A stretch of 64,000 nt of DNA from an uncultured bacterium (GCA_963825135.1 CAWGRW010000009.1:160001-224000), one strand, 5' to 3'; numbered from the stretch's first letter, positions 51,813-62,336 are shown. Notes: a model not told the origin generated them from the sequence alone. Numbers and translations: made by a program.

Positions 51813-52573
51813 TATTTCTCTCCCGCTGTCTCGACTATGCCCGCCATGGAGTCCGCTCCGAGGCTCGCGCCCCCGACGAGCGCCCCGTCGATATCGGGCT
51901 CTGCGAGCAGGTCTTTTATATTTGTCTCGTTAACGCTTCCGCCGTAAATTATCCTCATACGGCCGGCTGAATCACCCAATATATTACCCGCAATTTCACG
52001 GATTGCAGCCTGGACGAGCTCGGCCTCCGCGGGCGTCGCGTGCTGTCCTGTGCCTATCGCCCATATAGGCTCGTACGCTATTACGAGATCCTCCGGCAGG
52101 CCGGGGTCGATGCCCTCGAGAGCCTTCACCACCTGCTCGTCGACGGCCTTTATAGTCATGCCCCGGTGCCTCTCTTCCAGGGTCTCGCCCACGCATACGA
52201 TGACTTTAAGCCCGGCTTTGAGAGAAGCCCCTATCTTTTTATTGACCATCCCGTCGGTCTCGCGGAGAATGTGTCTCCTTTCCGAGTGACCGACGATTAC
52301 CCAGGAGCATCCCGAGTCGGCAAGCATACCGGGTGAAATCTCGCCTGTAAACGCCCCCTTCTCCTCCCAGAACACGTTCTGGGCCGCGAGCATGATGCCG
52401 GTGCCCCGGAGCGCCTTCCCGACGACGTCGAGCGCGGTAAACGGCGGGGCGAGTATTATATCCACCTTCCCTGAGAGCCCGCTCACCCTGCCCGCGATGC
52501 CGCGCGCGAGCTCCCCGGCCTCCCCCCTCAGCATGTTCATCTTCCAGTTGCCCGCGATCAGTCTCTTTCTCAT
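51812..52573 (-). CDS. tpiA: Triosephosphate isomerase
   Basis: AGNWKMN, GHSERR, AYEPIWAIGTG, LVGGASL all intact. Confidence 0.97.
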   Translation of the reverse strand: MRKRLIAGNWKMNMLRGEAGELARGIAGRVSGLSGKVDIILAPPFTALDVVGKALRGTGIMLAAQNVFWEEKGAFTGEISPGMLADSGCSWVIVGHSERRHILRETDGMVNKKIGASLKAGLKVIVCVGETLEERHRGMTIKAVDEQVVKALEGIDPGLPEDLVIAYEPIWAIGTGQHATPAEAELVQAAIREIAGNILGDSAGRMRIIYGGSVNETNIKDLLAEPDIDGALVGGASLGADSMAGIVETAGEK

Positions 52574-53763
52574 CTAACCCGCCTCGAAAGGGCCTCAATA
52601 GCGGGGAGTGTTTTGTTCCTGATATATTCGATCGCCGCGTCCCCGCCGCTTGATAAAAAGCTCTTGCCGGCGTCCAGTCCCTCTGAAGCCGCCGCATCGA
52701 GGGTGCTCTCCCCTATGACGGCGCTCCACGCGTCCGACTCGGCCAGGGCCTTCACGACCGCAACCGTGCCCTCTCCGAACCCGGCCCGCTCGCACATCCC
52801 GAGGGGTCCGTTCCAGAGGACCGTACGCGCCCTGGATATATGTTTCTCGAACTGCCGCCTTGTTTCGGGTCCTATATCGACCGCCGTGTAGTCGTTCGGG
52901 ATTCGGCCGCCGGAAATTATATAGGAACAGGGTTCATTGTTCAAATCACCCTTTACGACCAGGAAGTCCTCCGGAACCACGAACCTTATCTCCCTCGTCA
53001 TGGACGAGGATATGAGCCTCTTCGCGCTGTAAATCGTCCCCTCGTCTATCTCCGAGCGCCCTATGTCGCGGCCGAGCGCCTTGAGGAACGTGTGCGCGAG
53101 AGCGCCCCCGACGAGAAAGACATCTGCCCTGTCGAGAAGGCTGTCCATGAGCTCGATTTTCCCGGACGTGCAGCTCCCGCCGATTACTACGGCGAAGGGT
53201 CTCTCCGGGCTCTCGAGGCGGCCGAGGTTCTCCACCTCTTCCCTGAACCTGAGTCCTACGCAGACCGTATCGAAATAATCCGCCACGGACAGGAGCGACG
53301 CCCTCGGCTGATGGGACACCGAGAAGGCCTCGTTCACGTATATCTCGGCTACCTCCGACAGCTTCCTCGCGAAGTCCGGATTATTCGCGAGCTCGCCCTT
53401 ATGGAAGTCCAGGTTCTCGAGCAGCATGACCGAGCCCGCGAGCATGTCTCCCGATATCTTCCTTACCGCGTCCCCTATCGAATTCTCCGGGAAATAGATC
53501 TCGCAGTCGAGGAGCTCGGAGAGCCTCCTGCCCAGGGGCTCGAGCGAGTGCCTGCGGCTCATCCTGCCTCCGGCCCCGCTCATGTGGGACGCTATTATCA
53601 CCCTCGCCTTCTGTCCGACGGCGTATCGGATCGTGGGAAGCGCGAGCCCGAGCTTCCTCGCGTCCGCGATTTCCCCCGCACGCGTGACGGCCGTGTCGAA
53701 ATCGACCCTGATGAGGAGCTTTTTGTCCCTTATGTCTATTTCCGCGATCGACGGTATTGTCAT
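52570..53763 (-). CDS. pgk: Phosphoglycerate kinase homologue with degenerate active site
   Basis: PGK motif order and length, upstream of tpiA, but many invariant residues are substituted. Confidence 0.85.
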   Translation of the reverse strand: MTIPSIAEIDIRDKKLLIRVDFDTAVTRAGEIADARKLGLALPTIRYAVGQKARVIIASHMSGAGGRMSRRHSLEPLGRRLSELLDCEIYFPENSIGDAVRKISGDMLAGSVMLLENLDFHKGELANNPDFARKLSEVAEIYVNEAFSVSHQPRASLLSVADYFDTVCVGLRFREEVENLGRLESPERPFAVVIGGSCTSGKIELMDSLLDRADVFLVGGALAHTFLKALGRDIGRSEIDEGTIYSAKRLISSSMTREIRFVVPEDFLVVKGDLNNEPCSYIISGGRIPNDYTAVDIGPETRRQFEKHISRARTVLWNGPLGMCERAGFGEGTVAVVKALAESDAWSAVIGESTLDAAASEGLDAGKSFLSSGGDAAIEYIRNKTLPAIEALSRRVR

Positions 53764-54914
53764 TTTGTTGTGTTTTTCAATTCGTTTAGATACTCGCCCA
53801 GTCTCCCGATCCCCTCTTCGATGTCGGATACCGACGCGGCGTAGGAAAACCTGAGATACCCTTCCCCGCCCTGCCCGAAATCGATACCGGGGGTGACCGC
53901 GACGTGCGCTTTCTCCAGAATATCGAACGCGAGGGCGTGGGAGTCCGGGCTTATCCAGGACGCGTTCACGAAGACGTAAAATGCCCCGAGAGGCTCCGTA
54001 CCAAGGGCGAACCCGAGCTCCCTCAAGCCCTCGATCATCGCCCTTCTTCTCCTGTCGAACTCGCCGGCCATGCCGAGCGCCGCCGCCTTCGCCAGTCTTA
54101 TCGCGGCAATGCCCGCCTTCTGCACGAAGGGGTTAGGCGATATGAAGAGGTTCTGCTGGAGCTTCTGCACGGGTCTCACGAATTCTTCGGGCGCTATCAT
54201 ATAGCCTAATCTCCATCCGGGCATCGAGTATAGCTTCGAGAACCCGTTCACCGCTATGGCGTTCTCCGTGAACTCCAGTATCGTCCTCGCCTCTCCCCCG
54301 TAGACGAGTCCGTGGTATATCTCGTCCGAGATAACGAATACGCCTGACCCCGCGATTGCCGCCATCACGTCCGGGCTCAGCAGGGTTCCCGTGGGATTCC
54401 CCGGAGAGTTAATCAGCACGGCCTTCGTCCGGGGCGTGATCGCCTTTTTGAGCCTGCCGGCGTCTATCTGATAACCCTCTTCCTCGTAAATGCGCACGGT
54501 CCTGGGCACGCCCCCCGCGATCTTTATGAGCTGGGGATAGCAAGCGTAATGCGGGTCCGTGATTATAATTTCGTCTCCGGGGTCCAGCAGCGCCAGCATC
54601 GAAAGGAATAACGCGGGGGAGCTGCCCATGGTCACTATCACGTTCCCGGGCGATATTTTTACCCCGTACGTATTTTCGTAGTCCTCCGCTATCGCTTCCC
54701 TGAGTTCGGATATTCCGAGGCTGTGCGTGTACCTCGTATCCCCTTCCCCGATCGCGCTTACGGCCGCGTCGCATATCAGGGCGGGGGTCGAGAAATCGGG
54801 CATTCCGACCTCGAAGTGTATGACACTCCCTCCGGCGGCTTCAATTTCCTTCGCCCTCTCCAGCACTTCCATCACGTAAAATGGGGAGATATCTTCGGAT
54901 AACCTAGACGGCAT
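53760..54914 (-). CDS. PLP aminotransferase class I/II
   Basis: G.PDF, NSPGNPTG, SDEIY, FSK.Y.M.GWRLG. Confidence 0.92.
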   Translation of the reverse strand: MPSRLSEDISPFYVMEVLERAKEIEAAGGSVIHFEVGMPDFSTPALICDAAVSAIGEGDTRYTHSLGISELREAIAEDYENTYGVKISPGNVIVTMGSSPALFLSMLALLDPGDEIIITDPHYACYPQLIKIAGGVPRTVRIYEEEGYQIDAGRLKKAITPRTKAVLINSPGNPTGTLLSPDVMAAIAGSGVFVISDEIYHGLVYGGEARTILEFTENAIAVNGFSKLYSMPGWRLGYMIAPEEFVRPVQKLQQNLFISPNPFVQKAGIAAIRLAKAAALGMAGEFDRRRRAMIEGLRELGFALGTEPLGAFYVFVNASWISPDSHALAFDILEKAHVAVTPGIDFGQGGEGYLRFSYAASVSDIEEGIGRLGEYLNELKNTTK

Positions 54915-55174
54915 GTGAGTTTATTCTATTTGCAAAGGGAGGAGTTGTCTAGACGCACACACGTAGTGTGGCTCTACGATTCTTCCGAAACTCCTCAGCT
55001 CAAACCGCCAATCATGGCGTTTTCGTACGTCAGCGGCGACACGCCGCCCCGTTCACCCCGAGCGCACACGCAGTGTGCTGTCGAAGAACAATTGCGAGCA
55101 AGTGAGCAATTGGACGCCCTGGCTCACAATGTACCAAAGCTAGTTAACTTGGCTGCCGCAGGATCATATCTTTT

Positions 55175-55496
55175 TGTCATTGCGAGCGGAGCGCAGCAAT
55201 CTCATCTTTTTCTTTCCTGTCATTCCCGAATGTCTTTATCGGGAATCCAGCCTTTTATTATTTTGATTCAAAATATGGATTCCCGCTCCCCTGGAAGTGA
55301 CAAAAATATTAATGTACCCCCTCACCCTACCTAATTTGGCTCAGGCATCGACGAGCCTCATCTAAGCACCATGTCTAGCTTCGTCGTAAGAGCGACCAAT
55401 TCCTCGCCAACTCGGAATTGTTTCCCGCGCTGGGGAGAGGGAACTAAGAAGAAAAGAGAGATCGCCACGGCTGCATACGCAGCCTCGCGATGACAG
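55175..55496. repeat. Nested cluster of REP-like palindromes
   Basis: An outer TGTCATTGCGAG..GCAATCTC / GAGATCGCCAC..CTCGCGATGACA pair encloses a TGTCATTCCCG..GGATTCCCG doublet and a CCCTCACCCT..GGGGAGAGGG element. Confidence 0.8.
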
Positions 55497-55509
55497 AAAA
55501 AAAGAGTCA

Positions 55510-57211
55510 TCATTCCTCCGCCGCGGGCTCCAGCGTGGGCTGCGGCGTGGGCTGGGGATTGCCGGCGCCGGCGCAGAGCGTGACGACGTAATTTATATCG
55601 TCGCCCTGACAGGTAAAGAGCGCGTTCGCGAGCCCTATCACCTGGTTGCCGTCGTCGAAAGACCAGGCGTAAGCCCCCGCCTGACTCCCTCCCGTATTAT
55701 CGCCGCAAGCGGCGTGCACGTTCTCTATGTACTCAGTGGTATTTTTTGTTCCGCCGTCGTAGGTCGGCCACGCGGACGTCCTTCCCATGGTCGAGTCGCA
55801 CTGCCCGTACGGGTCGCACATGGTCGCCGGGAACTGGCAGCAGGGCGGCGTCGAATTATTCGTCGGCGGTATGTTCAAGTTCGTGCCGCACGTGGTAGAC
55901 GAGGTCATCGCGCAGCTGTTGGCATTATCACCGAAGCTGATCATGCACACGCCCCAGGCGTCGTTATTCGTCCAGGGGGTTTCGTCGTAGCCGCCGACGC
56001 AGCCGAGCCTGTTCATCTCGTCCGTAGTCAGGGAATCGAGCGGCGGAAGCCCTATCGATGACATATTGAACGGGGAGAGGCAGGTGCCGATATCCCCAGT
56101 CGAGGTTTGAACGAAGCCGCCTATGTTGCCCGGTGCCGACGGGCTGAAAACGTAGGTGTCCCACGGGCACGCGGGCAGCTCCGTACACCCGGACCCGGCG
56201 CTCCCGCAGCCGCTCTGACAGGGCGCGGTCTCGATCAGCACGTTGAAGCCGGCGACGAACGATACGTCGTAGTTATCGGCGCCCGTGCAGTTCGCCGGAA
56301 TCCCGCCGTCGAACGTAAACTCGGCCAGGGAAGCGGGCTTAGGCCCGTTTATCCCCCCGCAGTTCTCGACGCCCGTGGTGCCCCCGCAGTTTCCGGTCTC
56401 GCAGGTGAGGTCGCCGCTGTCGGAAGTACAGCCCGTCCGGGCTACGATGACCCCGGAATCCCAGCAAACGGGTATAGTCAGCTGCCTTACGCCGCCAAGC
56501 CCTGCCGGATCGTTGTCACTGGGCGGTATCTCCCAGGTGGCGCCGCCGTTGGTACCCCAGGGCGGAGGCCCTACCCAGGCGGCATTGTTCGTAATCGTGG
56601 GCGGACTCGTCGGCTGAGGGCCCGCCTGACCGCCCTCAGGGCCGCAGTTGCCTATCGAGGGCGAGCTGCCTGTACCGGCCTCGCAGAGGAGCGAGGTGAA
56701 GTCGATGCTCTCCGCACCTATCCATACGGACTGCGAGCATTGGTTCACAATGCTTATAGTGTGTGTCCCGGACGGTCCGGGCGAGGGGCACGGCAGAGGC
56801 GTCGGAGTTGGAGTGGGCGAAGGAGCAGGTGTTGGTGTGGGCGTGGGTACCGGAGTGGGTAGGCACAGGCGTCGGTTCGGACGTGGGTTCCGGGGTAGGC
56901 ACGGGAGTAGGCGCGGGCGTTGCGATCGCGCATGCCTCCGAGAAATCCGTATTACACTCTGAAGACGTCTCTATCGAGTCTACAGAGCCGCATTGGGCGG
57001 GAGAAGTCAGCGGGCAGCAGGCGGCCAGGCCGCCTTCAGCGCAAACCTCGCAGGCCGAATCCCCGCCCGTGAGGTCGCATGTCCGCAATTCAGTGTCGTC
57101 GTCATCACCGGAGCCGTCTCCCGGCGTTTCGCATCCGCCGATGTTTCCGAGGCCGATTAGAATGAATAGTGCGCATACGGCAAGAAATCGAATCCAGTTG
57201 TATCTTTTCAT
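55510..57211 (-). CDS. Secreted thaumatin-like protein with Cys-rich N-terminus and Pro/Thr linker; frameshift near 56858
   Basis: I.NQC..VW.G, ARTGC, CETGNCGG, P.SLAEFTF, YDVS.V.GFN, AY.W.FDD, FTC, Y.VT.C; N-terminal signal sequence. Confidence 0.8.
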
Positions 57212-57470
57212 CTCATCTCCTTTACTCCAAGCGCTGGAATTTCACAAACGCTAATATTTGAACTTTATTATTTCGTAAACATACGGCCGGAAACCGCCCG
57301 AAACAATATATTAAATATAAAAGACCGGGCGACGGGGCCCGGGAAGTACACACGCGGGCGGCATGGGGATGAGTAAATCAGAAGAATTTATTAAATGCGC
57401 ATTTCGTAGCATTACCAGTTAAACTATGCGATAGTTAAATTAAGAAAAAAATATACAGGAGACAAATAAC

Positions 57471-57908
57471 ATGAAATTGACCAGCCCCGACTTCGAGGAA
57501 GGAGGCATGATGCCGAGGGAGATGACCTACGACGGCGGGGACGTATCTCCGGAGCTCAATATAACGGAAGTGCCCGAGGGGACTAAGTCGCTCGCGCTCA
57601 TCATGGACGACCTCGACACCCCGAGGGGGACGTTTGTCCACTGGCTCGTATGGAACATACCCTCCGCGACCGGCAGGATAGAGCGCGGAAAGGAGCCTGT
57701 GGGCACTTTTGGCGTAATCGGCTTCGGAGGCAAGGGCTACAGAGGGCCCTGCCCCCCGTCAGGAACGCACAGATATTATTTCAAGTTCTACGCGCTCGAC
57801 GAAGAGCTCGGGCTGAAGGAAGGCTCCGTGAAGGAGGCGTTCGAAGAGGCGATGGAGGGCCATATAATCGACAAGGCCGAGCTTATGGGGAGATACAAGA
57901 GGAGCTGA
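57471..57908 (+). CDS. YbhB/YbcL (PEBP) family protein
   Basis: SP.L, ALIMDD.D.P.G.F.HW, Y.GPCPP.G.HRY. Confidence 0.92.
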   Translation: MKLTSPDFEEGGMMPREMTYDGGDVSPELNITEVPEGTKSLALIMDDLDTPRGTFVHWLVWNIPSATGRIERGKEPVGTFGVIGFGGKGYRGPCPPSGTHRYYFKFYALDEELGLKEGSVKEAFEEAMEGHIIDKAELMGRYKRS

Positions 57909-57955
57909 GCGCACAATGTGTGCTCATATACGATCCTGACAATGCTGCATCCACC

Positions 57956-58290
57956 TGTCGCTGCGAGCCGAAGCGCAGTAATCTCGTCTTGTTTATTCCT
58001 GTCATTCCCGAGCCACGGTTCTGAACGCGTGCAAGAGCCGGACGACCCCGGCTGATTGCAAATACGCTTCAATATCCCGGCACCTTAGCAACACAAGCCA
58101 AAAAGAATCGGGAATCTAGTGTTTTCCTTTTTCTTAAATCCACCCTACCCTATTTGGACTTTAGCAACGCTCAGCCAGTAGTTAATCTAACTCGGTTTCG
58201 TAGTTGTCCCGGCGTCCGAATGCTCACACGTTCGCATCCGTTCTTTACAAAGGAGGGAATTAAAGGCAGAATCCGTTCGCCCCGAGCCTA
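57956..58290. repeat. Cluster of REP-like palindromes
   Basis: TGTCGCTGCGAG..GTAATCTC, TGTCATTCCCGA...ATCGGGAATCTA, CACCCT...CTTTACAAAGGAGGG. Confidence 0.7.
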
Positions 58291-58366
58291 TTGCAGGATG
58301 ATGCTTAGTCGATCATTTTAATCATTGGATTAGCCGAATATAAACAGCCGGCAGGTTAAATCTCTC

Positions 58367-58939
58367 TCACATCACTGCGTATCTCTTTTCCTCTTTCCCG
58401 AGAGCCTTCTCTATCTTGCGCTTCAGCAGCTCGCGCTTGAGACGCGTGAGCCTGTCTATGAAGAGCACCCCGTCCAGGTGGTCTATTTCGTGCTGGAACA
58501 CGCGGGCGAGCAGGTCCTCGGCCTCGATCTCGAGGAGCTTCCCATCCCTGTTGTAGCCTTCGAGCACGATTTTGTATTTCCGCTTCACGTCGCTCACGAA
58601 CCCGGGGATGCTCAGGCACCCCTCCTCTCCCACGATCTCGCCTTCAGACGAAATAATCTCGGGGTTAATGAGCTCTATCAGCCCGGGCCCGTCGTATTCA
58701 GGCCCGCCGTCCCCCTCTTCGTCATCGTCCCCTTCCGTCTTTCTCGGAGATATATCGACCACGATTATCCTGCTTTCGACCCCCACCTGGGGCGCGGCCA
58801 GCCCCACGCCCGGGGCCTTGTACATGGTCTCGGCCATATCGTCGAGAAGCTCCAGCACATCGCCGTCGATCTCTTCGACCGGGGCGCATTTCTTTCTCAA
58901 ATACGGGTCGGGGTATATAAGTATTTTACGGAGTGCCAT
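58367..58939 (-). CDS. def: Peptide deformylase
   Basis: GVGLAAPQ, EGCLS, QHEIDHL. Confidence 0.96.
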   Translation of the reverse strand: MALRKILIYPDPYLRKKCAPVEEIDGDVLELLDDMAETMYKAPGVGLAAPQVGVESRIIVVDISPRKTEGDDDEEGDGGPEYDGPGLIELINPEIISSEGEIVGEEGCLSIPGFVSDVKRKYKIVLEGYNRDGKLLEIEAEDLLARVFQHEIDHLDGVLFIDRLTRLKRELLKRKIEKALGKEEKRYAVM

Positions 58940-59069
58940 AAAAAAAAGGCTATCGGATCAGACCTGATTGTCAATGTGGCGGTTATGCGCGGAAGCAGGG
59001 TAACGGAATATGAATACCGTCCCTATGTACGCCATGAATTCCGCCGCCCGGGGCCGGGCGGGCCTGATG

Positions 59070-59354
59070 CTACTCGTTTCCGCCGTTGAGCTTGGTGATT
59101 AACTCTCTGCTCGGCCTGAAATGAGGGAGCTTCTTCGAGGACACCGTGACCTTGGAGCCGGTCCTCGGGTTCCTCCCCTCGTAGGACCCGTAGCTCTTGG
59201 TGAAAAAGCTGCCGAACCCCCTGATTTCTATCCTGCCGCCGCCCTCAAGGACCTGGGTCATGTGCTCGATCACCGTATCGAGTATCTGCTCGGATTGCGA
59301 GGGCTGAAGATTGAATTTGTCCGCCAATTCCTTTTCTATATCTGAGCGCTTCAT
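59070..59354 (-). CDS. IHF-beta/HU family DNA-binding protein
   Basis: RIEIRGFGSF, GRNPRTG, PHFRPS. Confidence 0.9.
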   Translation of the reverse strand: MKRSDIEKELADKFNLQPSQSEQILDTVIEHMTQVLEGGGRIEIRGFGSFFTKSYGSYEGRNPRTGSKVTVSSKKLPHFRPSRELITKLNGGNE

Positions 59355-59524
59355 AGTTAAACTCCCAACCTTTTTAGTCCGCCGTAACGCCCGCCCCTTA
59401 CCCACTCTTCCAATTTAGATAATTCTTAAGTGTTTGTCAAGTGTTAGATTGCCCGGGAATTAAATTAGTTTCGGTCCCCGGTTTTCCGGCCGCAGCCCTC
59501 CTTTTCCGCTTCCCGGCCAATGAA

Positions 59525-60943
59525 TCAAGCCTTTATCTTCTTTTTCGCCCCGCCCGAGGCCCTCGCTTCCCTGCCTCCGGATTTTTCCCCGACGCTCCCC
59601 CGCGCCTCCGGGTGGTCGCTCAGGAATTTGTTCAGGTGCATTTCGGAGTATGACCCCTTCGGATAGTACTTGTCGTAGAACTCCACGTCTATGTTCATCG
59701 CCTGGAAAACGAGCCTCATGTACATGGGATCGACGAACGCCGGGAACCTCCCGTAGGTGTCGTATATATAATTCGCTACGTCCTTAACGATCTGAATCGT
59801 GTTCTTCGTGGGCTTGGGCGCCCTCATTAAATGTTTATCGGGCTCCGTGTAGGGAAACGGCTTCTCGGGCTTCCAGGCGTCTTCCTTATGGTGATGGAAC
59901 GCGTCTATGGCCTCGTCCATATTCTTGTAGTAAGGCGGGCAGTAGGCTTCGAATATACCGTCCCTTCCGACCGGAACCGTGGACGGGGGGTCTATCACTC
60001 CCTTCTTCGGCTGTACGAACCTGAACCCGAGCCCCTTGAACAATTGAGGAGCCCCTCCCATGGCGAACCTCGGTATGAAGCCGCTGAACGTCCAGCCGGC
60101 AAGACCGAGCGCCTGGAGCGCCAGGCTCATGTTCTGGCATATGAAGGCCTGCTCCACGTTTAGCCCCGTGAGTATCCTCACTTCGAGGTCGAAGAGCGAC
60201 ATCTTGACGCCGTCCTTGAGCCTCCCCTTGTCTATCCACTTCTGCACTCCCGCGGGCTTGCCCGTGAGGTCGTCTATGATCGTGAAACCGTATGTGGAGC
60301 TGCAGTAGAGGTGGAGGAGGTTCAGGTACTCCTCGGTGACGTCCGTCACCGGGATAAAGACCGAAGTCCCCGGTTTGTTCGTATTCCACTGGTTGAATTC
60401 GAACAGGCCCGGCATGCGGTCGGGGAGCTCCGCCCTCCCGTCCTCCAGCTTCACGAGGCTCTCGCGGTACAGCTCCAAAATCCTTTCCATTCTCTCTTCG
60501 CGGCCCATGCGGAAAAACATGTCGAGCTCGTGGTTCTTCGGGAGCATGTGCTTTACGTTCACATGGTAGAGCCCCTTGTCGTTCGTGAAAAATAGCTCCG
60601 TCCCGTGGTTGTTGCACGCCGAGGGCCATGTGCGCCCCGTCCACTGGCAGAGGAGGTCGATACCCGTTTCAGGAGGGAGGTCGGCCAGGCAGAGGCCCGT
60701 GAGACCGGTGCCGGACCACACTAAAAGCGCCTCTTCCATCTCCTCGAGGGGAACCGGGTCGTAACGGGATTCGAAACCGAGCGACGTGTCCTCGAGCTTC
60801 ATGCCGAGGCCGAAACGGCGCGAGCGCCTGTTGAATATCGAGTCGAAAAGCGGGTAGTTAAGCGCCTGCTCGTACCTTTCGCCGAGAGCGAACTTTCCGT
60901 TCCCCTTCCCGTTGTTGCCTCTGCTGTTTCCGCCTTTAGCCAT
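59525..60943 (-). CDS. Conserved hypothetical protein, possibly nitroreductase-like fold
   Basis: RRSRRF, GRTWPSA, QN..L..QALGL.GW resemble FMN-binding nitroreductase motifs. Confidence 0.5.
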   Translation of the reverse strand: MAKGGNSRGNNGKGNGKFALGERYEQALNYPLFDSIFNRRSRRFGLGMKLEDTSLGFESRYDPVPLEEMEEALLVWSGTGLTGLCLADLPPETGIDLLCQWTGRTWPSACNNHGTELFFTNDKGLYHVNVKHMLPKNHELDMFFRMGREERMERILELYRESLVKLEDGRAELPDRMPGLFEFNQWNTNKPGTSVFIPVTDVTEEYLNLLHLYCSSTYGFTIIDDLTGKPAGVQKWIDKGRLKDGVKMSLFDLEVRILTGLNVEQAFICQNMSLALQALGLAGWTFSGFIPRFAMGGAPQLFKGLGFRFVQPKKGVIDPPSTVPVGRDGIFEAYCPPYYKNMDEAIDAFHHHKEDAWKPEKPFPYTEPDKHLMRAPKPTKNTIQIVKDVANYIYDTYGRFPAFVDPMYMRLVFQAMNIDVEFYDKYYPKGSYSEMHLNKFLSDHPEARGSVGEKSGGREARASGGAKKKIKA

Positions 60944-61175
60944 AGTAGTCCTCCTTATTAATTAAACAAACATGAATTGATAATGGGACGATTGCCCCCC
61001 CTACCTAGAGAATTTAAAATAACTCGACGGAAAATGCAAGGAATTCGGAGGATACGCGATACTCAGGGGCGCAAAACGATTTCAAGCCCTATCTTGAGTA
61101 ACGAAATGTAGAATTTATATATTGTAGCGGGAATACGACGTTAACACCGGCCCCGGCGAGGAAAAAAGAGGCCCG

Positions 61176-62036
61176 CTATATGGACTGCCCGTGCAGGAGC
61201 TCTCTTTGAGACGGCTTTGTCGCGCCCCCGTCGGGCTCGACCGTGACCAGGAACCTCTCTACGTCGCCGTATTTCTTAAGCGATTCCACCTTCACGACGC
61301 TGTTGCCCTCGCTGTCCACGTCGAAAACGCCTACGCTCTTCGGGACCCCGTGCACGATTACCCACCACTGGTAGGTTTTGCCGGGAGGCGCATCGGGTAG
61401 GTGGAGGCAATAAAGAAGCGCGTCGTTCTCCTCCTTGTCCCAGAGCACCCTTCCTGCCGCCCGGACCTCCGGTCTCGACTTCTTCATCCGTATGAGGACT
61501 ATCTCGGGGTCCTTCATGAATTCGGTTATGTCCTCGATGCTTGCGAGCTTGGCCTTTAGGCCCCCCACCATCCCCTCCCTGTCTGTGAGCAGGTTCTTCA
61601 GGGATTTTATCTCTTCCTCCTGCCCAGAGACCTTGGCGTTAAGGATCCCGACCATCGCTTTCTCCCGGCGGAGATTCCCTCTGAGCGAGAGGTCGTTCAC
61701 GAACAGGAAAACAATGACGCCCGCCGCGAGCGCCCCGCCTAGCCCGAAAAAGTAGGGCCTCAGCCTTTCCATGAAGCCGCCCGTCTGCACGGGTCTCCGC
61801 CTGAGCGCGCTTTTCCTCGCGTACTCGAGTATCTCGCTCCTGACGCGGGGACCGGGCGAAGCGGCGCCACTCGAATAAGAGAGCAGGGACGCCGCGTTCT
61901 CGTATTCATTAAGGAGCTCCTTCGCCTGCGGCGGGCCCTCGCTTATAAGGCGCTCCGCCTCGCGCAGCTCCTCTCCCTCGAGCACGCCTAACGCGTAGAG
62001 TGGGATCAATTCTTCGAGTCTCCGGTCATCCGCCAT
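61176..62036 (-). CDS. RskA-like anti-sigma factor
   Basis: LYALGVL, one TM, coiled coil, LP..P.GK.YQ.W, VT.EP.GG...P. Confidence 0.85.
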   Translation of the reverse strand: MADDRRLEELIPLYALGVLEGEELREAERLISEGPPQAKELLNEYENAASLLSYSSGAASPGPRVRSEILEYARKSALRRRPVQTGGFMERLRPYFFGLGGALAAGVIVFLFVNDLSLRGNLRREKAMVGILNAKVSGQEEEIKSLKNLLTDREGMVGGLKAKLASIEDITEFMKDPEIVLIRMKKSRPEVRAAGRVLWDKEENDALLYCLHLPDAPPGKTYQWWVIVHGVPKSVGVFDVDSEGNSVVKVESLKKYGDVERFLVTVEPDGGATKPSQRELLHGQSI

Positions 62037-62336
62037 AAAATAATGGGTCTCACTATCGAGCTTGCGGGATTTATCGTCAATCTAATATAAATTAAGACGC
62101 CGCACAAATAAATATACGGAGATAAACGATATTCGGTTTAATCGACCGTATGTATATTATAACCGCTTAAAACAGGAGGGAAGAAGGTCGTCGCCCCCAC
62201 CCCGGCGCCGACCGGGCGGAGACAAATACGACGCGGCTATATATTTAAACGGGATGTATATTTATTATGTTATATTCTTGTAACCGAATTACACGAATCG
62301 GAATTTGTCTTAGTCAAACAAGGAAGATAGAGACGG

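Noticed and set aside
54915..55334. 139-aa ORF
   Set aside because: Made of translated REP palindromes and random-looking sequence; no RBS or family motifs
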